In this document: in pieces, positions 17,751 through 26,100 of the stretch
Position numbering within the stretch: the stretch's first letter is position 1
Layout of the letters: every line of letters begins with the position of its first letter
DNA from: a virus
Taxonomy: Duplodnaviria > Caudoviricetes
Reading direction: 5' to 3' (one strand)
Virus record (IMG/VR): IMGVR_UViG_3300032225_000860
Coordinates: 1 to 49,705 of that record
Length of the DNA: 49,705 bases
Program-made: the position numbers and the translations under genes
Notes under the pieces: model-generated
Database searches by the model: none
What the model was told of the DNA's origin: nothing
The model's input: the letters and a program-made list of their open reading frames with translations, nothing else

Positions 17751-18431
17751 TTAACTCTCCTTAAATGAATTTTTAACTTCGGTAAATTTCGCCATCATCT
17801 CTTTAAAAAAGATAGCGTCTTCTGCTTTGACTGTATCAAATAGAACCTTGTTCTTTTTAAATATCGCCATCACATCTTCTTCGTTGGCACACAGATCAAG
17901 CAACATATATGATGAAGTCTTGATCAGTTGTAGCCAATCGGATACATCGCCCTCTGGTGCAGCTGGGGCTACAATCTGCCACTCACCTTTATGGCCAGCA
18001 ATAGGTGCCTTGATCGGGACAACCTTTGCTGGCTCAGGCTTTTTTACTGGCTCATCCTTTCCCATTACCGCGTCCAAAGCATCATGCTCAACAATCTCAA
18101 AAGCATTTGTCCATAGATAGCGGCGCAAGTAAGTCTGCACAGCACCCAGATTCTGAACGTCATGGCAGCCCTTTAATGCAGCTGATGACATAGGTGATGA
18201 AAACGTAATAAACCCATCACCTTCAGTTTCATGAATTGTTAGGTATGCGTCAGCAGCGGTAAACGATACCATCCCGCATAGGCCTACCTGCTGGCAAATA
18301 CCTTGAATCGCAGGCAAAAAATCCCCTAATTCAAAATACTCATAACCGGCAAACTTATTCTTTCCCGATTTCTTTAACTGCGTTGATTGCAGCTTCATTC
18401 TTGCGTCTTGTAATTTCTTGTACACACTCAT
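17751..18431 (-). CDS. erf: ERF-family single-strand annealing protein
   Basis: KKSGKNKFAGYEYFELGDFLP...QNLGAVQTYLRRY...D signature. Confidence 0.88.
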   Translation of the reverse strand: MSVYKKLQDARMKLQSTQLKKSGKNKFAGYEYFELGDFLPAIQGICQQVGLCGMVSFTAADAYLTIHETEGDGFITFSSPMSSAALKGCHDVQNLGAVQTYLRRYLWTNAFEIVEHDALDAVMGKDEPVKKPEPAKVVPIKAPIAGHKGEWQIVAPAAPEGDVSDWLQLIKTSSYMLLDLCANEEDVMAIFKKNKVLFDTVKAEDAIFFKEMMAKFTEVKNSFKES

Positions 18432-18582
18432 CTTCTACTCCTCTATAAAGTTCATTTAATTCCCCGATTGCATCTTGAATACAGTCCAACTTTGTTTTAT
18501 TTGGGATCCTAGAGAATCCTTCATAAAAAACAATCTGGGCTCCTTCAATCTGCGGTTCATACCAAAACTCAAACAGTTTCAT
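18355..18582 (-). CDS. Hypothetical protein
   Basis: Fills the gap between the exonuclease and erf. Likely start MKLFEF. Confidence 0.55.
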   Translation of the reverse strand: MKLFEFWYEPQIEGAQIVFYEGFSRIPNKTKLDCIQDAIGELNELYRGVEDECVQEITRRKNEAAINAVKEIGKE

Positions 18583-19441
18583 TGTATTTTCTCCACTGTT
18601 CACACCAATTGCTTACTGGGCAATACGACATACACCGAGTACGCTCGCCCGGACGATACTCAATTTCATACTCTTTACCAAGATCTTTGATGGCCTCTTC
18701 TGCTTTATCCTGTGCGTCATATAAAGACTTAGCACGGATATTGCCTTTCTTCTTAATCGCCCATACAGCCGGCTTTTCCCACATATCTTCAGGTGTGCAG
18801 TCTGGCAACTCACCTGATGTTTCCATATCAAAGTCGCAAGCGCTGTGCATGGCAATCCGTTTAGAGATATATGCCTCACGCTCGGCCATTGGCCAGACTT
18901 TAATTGGCAACTCTTTAATTGGAGACTCTGGATAACCTTCCTTGTTGCCTGCATCGCGGCGGCTCCAATCGCGGATGATGGCCACGATACCAAGATCAAC
19001 TATTGGCGCTCTCTTAACTTTCTCTACCAGCCATGCGTAGATATTGAGCTGCAACTCCCATTCATACTTTTGTTTCATCACCGCCCACACGGAGGTGGTT
19101 TTGTAGTCGCGGATACAAATACCTTCTGGATGCACAATTTGCAAATCAATCGCACCAGAGATATGCCAGCCATCTAGCTCAGCATGGAGGCGCTCTTCTA
19201 CTAAATGGTTCTCATCTTTGCCGTGCTCCAAGATATTATGTAGAGCGCTACCAAATAAAGAAAAAACCATGTCAGAAGCATCTTGTTCAATTTGATCATC
19301 AAACTTTCTCCTCAGTGCTACTACTTTAGGGCTGTCCAATAATTGAGTTGCAGACAGATGAGCCTTACCTTTGGTATAGGTAGGACGGTCTAAGACATTG
19401 ATAAATGTCTGTGGAATATTAAATTTGTTGGTAATTTTCAT
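18569..19441 (-). CDS. PD-(D/E)xK exonuclease (Cas4/RecB-like), probable partner of ERF
   Basis: LSATQL, GSALH, VEER, SGAID, DYKT, QLNIY and C-terminal RCxxYCPVxxxCxQ. Confidence 0.88.
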   Translation of the reverse strand: MKITNKFNIPQTFINVLDRPTYTKGKAHLSATQLLDSPKVVALRRKFDDQIEQDASDMVFSLFGSALHNILEHGKDENHLVEERLHAELDGWHISGAIDLQIVHPEGICIRDYKTTSVWAVMKQKYEWELQLNIYAWLVEKVKRAPIVDLGIVAIIRDWSRRDAGNKEGYPESPIKELPIKVWPMAEREAYISKRIAMHSACDFDMETSGELPDCTPEDMWEKPAVWAIKKKGNIRAKSLYDAQDKAEEAIKDLGKEYEIEYRPGERTRCMSYCPVSNWCEQWRKYNETV

Positions 19442-19662
19442 GAGAACAATAACGTCCAAAAAGTAATTAATAAAAATGCAGCCATACCGACCATAATGGC
19501 CAGCCGTTCTTGGCGCACCTGCCGAGCGTATTCTGGGGTCGCTAATAAAGCCTCTTGAATAAAAATCATGTCTGGATCATCAATCGGTGCAACCTTGCCG
19601 TATTCCCCATAACGGCAGCCAATCTTGATTCCAGTGCTAGTTGTATATGGAACTGTTTTCAT
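19438..19662 (-). CDS. Hypothetical protein with C-terminal TM helix, first gene of the leftward operon
   Basis: AGGAGGAGG RBS before ATG 19662. Confidence 0.7.
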   Translation of the reverse strand: MKTVPYTTSTGIKIGCRYGEYGKVAPIDDPDMIFIQEALLATPEYARQVRQERLAIMVGMAAFLLITFWTLLFS

Positions 19663-19741
19663 ATATCCTCCTCCTGTGTGTAAGCATATCACAAGTCATT
19701 AGGTTGTACCCACTATTAGTCACCTACCGAGATAAATATTT

Positions 19742-20086
19742 ATGAATGTTGTTTTTTTGCCATGGCCACCCAAAGAGTTATCTCCCAATGCATCTATTCA
19801 TTGGGCTAAGAAAGCCAAGTTTAAGAAGGCCTACAGGCATGATTGCTGGGCATTGGCCTTAGAAGTGGGTTTAAAAGCCCCACAAGGCCCTGAAAAGATC
19901 CGGTTGAAGATAACCTTCTATCCGCCGGATAAACGCCATAGAGACGCTGATAATATGGTCGCGGCCATTAAGTCTGGATTGGATGGTTTAGCGGATGCAC
20001 TAAGGGTAAACGATAGGTTATTTTTACCTACCTTTATATTCTCTGATGAACCCAAGGGATATGTTGAGGTTATAATAAACCCGTAG
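19742..20086 (+). CDS. rusA: RusA-like Holliday junction resolvase
   Basis: LPWPP..LSPN...FYPPDKRHRDADN...KSGLDGLADAL.VND motif. Confidence 0.85.
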   Translation: MNVVFLPWPPKELSPNASIHWAKKAKFKKAYRHDCWALALEVGLKAPQGPEKIRLKITFYPPDKRHRDADNMVAAIKSGLDGLADALRVNDRLFLPTFIFSDEPKGYVEVIINP

Positions 20087-20106
20087 TACCTTCACGAAAA
20101 GGTTTG

Positions 20107-20135
20107 GGGGTGGCCTAAAAAACCACCCCTTTTTT
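20107..20135 (+). terminator. Rho-independent terminator after rusA
   Basis: GGGGTGG/CCACCCC stem followed by T6. Confidence 0.7.
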
Positions 20136-23100
20136 ATAAGCCGGCTTCTTTGCGGATCTGGATTACATCTCCCAAGATTTCATTCTTAGTTCTTTGAAGC
20201 TCTTGGACTTCCTTACGGCGATCATCTTTAGAGAAATTAGGATCTCTTACTTCGCTGACTCTACGGATTTCTTTGTTGATTTCTTTGAGCGCGGATTCAA
20301 TGCCGGTGACATACTCATAAGCAGCAATCTCTTTCTCATGCTTAGTGAAATAAGCATCAGCTTCTTTATCTTTCTCACGCTCAATTAACTTCATGAAAGT
20401 CTTGTGCTTAGGTTCAACTTCAGACTTAAGGTCATAGAACAGGGATTCTGGGCCGCGGCCTACGTCCCTATCCATCAGTCCACCCCATAACGGATTGTCT
20501 TTTTGCTCCGCGGTTGGACGATCACCAGAGAGCATATTAGAACCCCACATGACTACAGCGCCATTGGTTCCAAAGATGCCTCTGACAAGGTGGTCCATTT
20601 GAATTGGGTTTAATACACCGCCAGCAACTGCGCTAAGAACCTTGCCTAACTCAGAAGTGGAGGCATTGTACTGTTCTGCCGCGTCCAAACCTTCTAATCC
20701 TTTTGGAGTAATTGCACCGCCGGTAAAGAAGTTGCGGTTAAGGCCGATCTCTACAGCGGGTTTGATACCAGTAGGAATAGGGTTAGGGCCAAGCAATGAG
20801 TCTAATGCAGCTTCAGCTAAAGCTTTGCGTAGTCTGGTGCCGTCTACTTCGTTCTTGGTACCTTTTTTGATGACGTAGTTGGTAATCAATTCTGGCATTG
20901 CTTTGAAAAAGTACGCCGCGGAAGTATTCATTGGCAATAGGATGTTGTCATCCACGCCAATATACTTGGTTAAATTTTTAGGAATAACGAAGTTACGGGC
21001 TTTCTTTTGATCATCCATCTTCTCGTAATCATCGTTACCGCCCATAATCCATGTGTAAAGAGTTGTCCACATGGTTAACATTGCAGCTACTTTGAGCATG
21101 GAACCAAATGCAGCTGCGCGGTTCTTGCCTTTTAAACCACCGCCGGCCAGAGCTTCAGCCAGTACATCTAACTGCTGGGCATAGGCGTTCATGAATGATA
21201 CGGAACGGGTAATAGCAACAACCATCTTAGCGTTACCGTGTTTCTTAAAGTCAATGATGTTATTGGATCTTATTAGCGCCAAAGTCTCATCACCGGTTTC
21301 AGCCAGCACGCGCTTGTAGGTTGCAATACGCTGAGCCATATCAGAAGCATCGCCAATCTTATCTAAGATATTGGTAAATTGATCTAACTTGTTTTGCTCT
21401 ATTAAACCAATCTGTTGCTTGTATTGCTGCTCTGGTGAGCGAGTATAAGATTGAAATCCACCGATACCGTAGGCCTTAAGATGGCGGACGATTGGATCTT
21501 CTGAATTGAGAGCATTTAAGAATGATTTAAATGTATCCGCGTAAAGGATGGCAGAGTTCTTAGCACCTAAACCGGAAACCATGGCCGCGGTTGGAGCATC
21601 CATAAACAGCTGGCGTAATTGGAACTGAGGCCAAGTAGTAATACCACGGCGCAACAGGTTAGCCATGACCGCAAATATCTCAACTGCCGGCATATTGATG
21701 TTTTCCATACCAATAATGGCCTCAGCAATTAACGGATCTGGAATGTTAACAATCACTCTTCTGCCGTTGACTATGATATTTAAGCGCACGCCGTTATCAT
21801 CTCTACCTTCTTCTCTGTAAAGTTTTAACTTGCCTTTCTTTTTACCTTCGGTGTAACGTTCTGCGTACCGCGCGGCAATCATATTGGCAGCATGGTTACG
21901 CATAGAGTTACGGCCAAGAATGGCAGTGTTATGCAGCATATTGTCTAGGATGTCATCAATCTCACCTAAGTCCTCTTGATACAATTGGATAGCCTCGTTA
22001 AATTGATCAAGATCAATCTCGCCATCAATGTATTCTCTAGCTGCCTTATTGACAGCTGCGTTGCGTTTAAAAACTTTTTCTTTGGCTACGTTAGTTAGGC
22101 TCTTGGTTGATCCACGGATAGGTGCGCTGTGGACGTCTTCCATCTCATCTTGGATGCGCTGCCATGGAACGTAGTCTTCAATCTCACGTAAAGACTTAGC
22201 GCGCTTATCGCTAATAATGCCAGAGAACTCCATGTTGTCAAGGTTATTTTTATTGACCGCTTGCCAGTTATCCATCATATTTCTAAGCTCTGGATTGTCA
22301 TCCTCCAGCGCGGAATAGATGTCAATGGACTCATCACTTAACTTGACCTTGCTTCTGGCAACAACAATGTTATAGAAGTCATTCTTGGCCTTTTCTACTT
22401 CATCCAAAGCGTCATAATACGCATCGGTTCCAAACTCTAATTTCTCGGCTTTCTCTTTAGCCTTCTCTACAATACCTTCTTGCTTTTGGAAAGCGTCCAG
22501 AATACTTCTAGAGCGCTTAGCCTCAAAGTAATCTTGAATCATGTTATTGGCCTCTTGGGCGCCAACGCGCTCAATCAAGTCGTGTTTGGCCAGCATCACA
22601 TTGGCAAGGGATTCTTTAGCATCTTCGGCGCGGAACATTTGTGATTCAGTATCAAATATCAACTTACCGCGCATAATGACCTGAGACATAATCTCGCCGG
22701 AGTGTAAAGCGTTGGTTAACGCTACAGTAGCAATTGCCTTTTCTTGGCCGTCTTTGACCTTGCCGTTAAATTTCTTAACCTCGGCAACTTCTAATCCGCG
22801 GCCATACCAGACACCCTTAATACGTGCGTAAGTTATCGCGCGGTCTAATTTGCTGGTCATCTTATTGACAGCCAGCATTGGGCTTTCTTTTACTGCTTTA
22901 GCTGCTTCTCTAGCCGCGGCATAAGATCCCAGCAGCATATCCTTGACAGACTTAGAAGTCTTAAGTTTAAAGTCTTCACGGCCATCAGCTTCACGCTGGG
23001 CTAAATATGCTTCTCTAAAAGACTCTAGTTCGTCTTCATCTTCTGGCGAAACTGACTCAGGCTGTCGCTTTTTTCCAATAGCTTGATAGCTTGGTCTAAG

Positions 23101-26100
23101 CTCGCTAGGTATTCCGGATTCTCCCCGTCCCTGCTTCCGTTGTCCAGAAACGTCTTCAGAAGTATCTTCGCCTCTTGCTTGGTTGCTGCTATCTTTGAAA
23201 CGCTGTCCAATAGCCCTGTTAGATTCATTTGATCCCTCTTTATTTAGGAAGTCAATAATATCCTTGTTTTCTTTGACGGTCAAGATAAAGTCTTTTTTGA
23301 GCTGATTGATGTCAAAAGAAGTAGATGACTCCAGTTTAATTAAAATGCGCTGCATTTCCGCCGGGAAATCAGCTCCGTGGTTACGAACTTTGTGGTGTGC
23401 CAACTCATGAATCATGGTTCCAAACATACCCAAGGCGGCTTCCTCTGGGGTATCAATGTATTCTGGGAACGCTGGGTTAATATACATCCCTTTAAATGGC
23501 AGAACAATACTAACACCACGATATTCTTTGTCAAAAGAAACGCCAATAGCCTCTTTAGCCAGATCTTTGTAATCAATTCCACGTTTATCTGCTGGCATAT
23601 TTTTTGACACTGCATCGCGCAAAGCCATAAAAACATCGCCAATATCAAACATAAAGCTATCAAAACGATCACCAAATTTATCCCTAGCCAATTTAGTAAT
23701 TGGGGTAAACTCTTCTTCTGTTTTTTGTCGTGCTAAATTTTCTTTTCTTGAAATAAGCCTATCTTGTTCTTTCTGAAGCTCTCTTAATTCACCTCTTAAA
23801 ACAACAAGCTTATTCGTATCTTTTTCTTCTTCAATTTTTTCCCGTAAAGCATAACGTGCTTCATAATTATCCTCAAGAAGCTTTGTAACTTCTTTTATTT
23901 CCGAAGCTAATGTATCAGTAGAAATTTCCAAATTGTCATGAATCATGACTTTATTTGGATCAATCTTATCTTGTGGAATTTTTAACGCATCAACATCAAT
24001 GGACGCTTTTTTCAAATCCTCTGGAGTAAGTAATGGAACTTCTTTTCCATTAACTATTAGTCTGCCATCCTTGACCTCAACCTTAGATCCTTCTTTAATT
24101 GTTTCTTTTTGCTCAACTTCTTCAGCTTCTGGAACCAATGATTCTTGGTCTGACTTAATAATGTCTTTGCCAGATCTACTAAGATACTGGACTGTCCCAA
24201 AGTTTTGAACTGTAGTGTTATAGTCTTTTAAACGATAGTGCAGCACTAAGTAATTTTTAATTAACTTAAGGTCTGATTCTGCTTCTTTGGTAAATCCTTG
24301 GCGATTTAATTGGAAAGGGTAACCTTCTTCATCAGGTTTAACTTTAGATACAATATCCAAATAGAAACGATGAGGTATGTTATCACTATACATATTCATA
24401 GGATCTATTTTTAACTTTTCTCCAAATTGCCATAAACCATTAGACAAAATTTTCATGTTTTCGCCGTACTTACTTGCTTGGCCATTGGAAACATAAATAC
24501 GAGCTGTACCCCAATCAAATTTAGCATCTACAAAAGTAGTATATTCATTAGCGTCAAACTTGTTTCCCATTCCATAGATTGAGCTACCATTAAAAGTAAC
24601 TTCAATGTTGGCAAACAATGGACTATCTTGTAAAACTTCAAAAGCATATTCATTGTCTGCGAAACTAACTTCTTTCATTTCACCAGTAGATTGATCTTTA
24701 AATTCTTTAGGGACGGTTACTCGTACAAAAGTGCCATGCCCTTTAGGAAACATATTGGCCCAATCTGGCATTTCTTCTTTTGTCTGAATGTTAATATCGG
24801 GAGCTTGAGATGGATCCTCCAATGATGCCATTAACTGATCGCCCTTTGCATACATAGAGCTAATCTTGTCATCTTTCATTGTGATAACTTCTACATCTTC
24901 ATTGCCAAACAGGAATAACATTTTTGCAATACCAAATCCACCTGATCCAAACTCTGTATCTTTTTTGGTTCCAGCAATAGTCAAGAATACATTAGCTAAA
25001 GTGTCTGGAGACATACCGCTGCCGTCATCAGTCATGGCTACGGTGCGTTGATCTTTATCAACTACAATATCTATCTTTCCGGAATCTGTTTTCTTTTGCT
25101 CAAGCATTGTTTTGATTGCATCAAAAGAATTTTGTAACATCTCTTTAACCGAAACATTGGTGATGTCGCTCATACTTCCATAAAGCTGTGGTCCTAAAAG
25201 TTTAGCAATCCGGGCTACGTTTGCCCCCGGCTTAGACTTAATAGTTTCATACATTGGCTCTTCGCCGCCAGACTCTTTTTGCTCCGCAATGTAGCGGTCA
25301 AGAGCTTTACGCTGAGTAGGATTAAGCGGAACCTTGGTAATATCTAGTCCGGTTAAGTTAGCAATAGCTACAGCTAAATCAGGTTCATTTTCGTTTAAGA
25401 AATTCTTAACCGCGGATTCGGCTTTAAATCCAACAGCAGCAGACTCCCAATCTCTACGAGGTGTACCGGCCTGCTTAGGCTTAATAGCACTAGCAAGTTT
25501 TTTCTTAAAGTCTTCCAAGCGCTCTTTGTTATTCATTACCTTAAAGGAACCATCACCCTCTAATTTAATGGTGACATAACGCTCTGCCTCTGGAACTTTG
25601 GCATCGTTGTATTTTTTTTGGGTTGCAAACTTAGTGCGCTTGATGGCTTGATCTACTTGATTTTCAGCAGCCTTTTTCATCTTGCCATAGTCAACATTTT
25701 CACCAGCCTTGGCTACTGCTTTTTCAATACCTTCAACAGTAACTGGTTTTTCTTCTTTGCTTTCAACGCCAGATGGTTTAGTAATTTCCGATGTTAATCC
25801 ACGGCCTTGTTGACGCAAAATTGTTGAGTAATTAATTGTCGTTCTTGAATCATTGGCAGGATTGTATACACCAAAAGCTTTTTCACCAGCACCTGTAATT
25901 GTGTATGGAGTATTTTTGCTTGTATATTCAATATCTTGATTGAATGTAACAGTATCACCAATATTGGCTTGTAAAACATCTTGAAGTTTTTGTTTGTAAG
26001 ATTCTAACTTTTCTTTTTTACTTGGAGCTTTTGGCTTTTGTTCTGTTCTTATTTCTATAGGTTTGGGTGCTTCTTCCTTAGCGGCTTCTCTTTGTTTGGC

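Noticed and set aside
18569-19441. Cas4-like nuclease as evidence of a CRISPR system
   Set aside because: No array or other cas genes. Its position beside erf indicates a recombination exonuclease.
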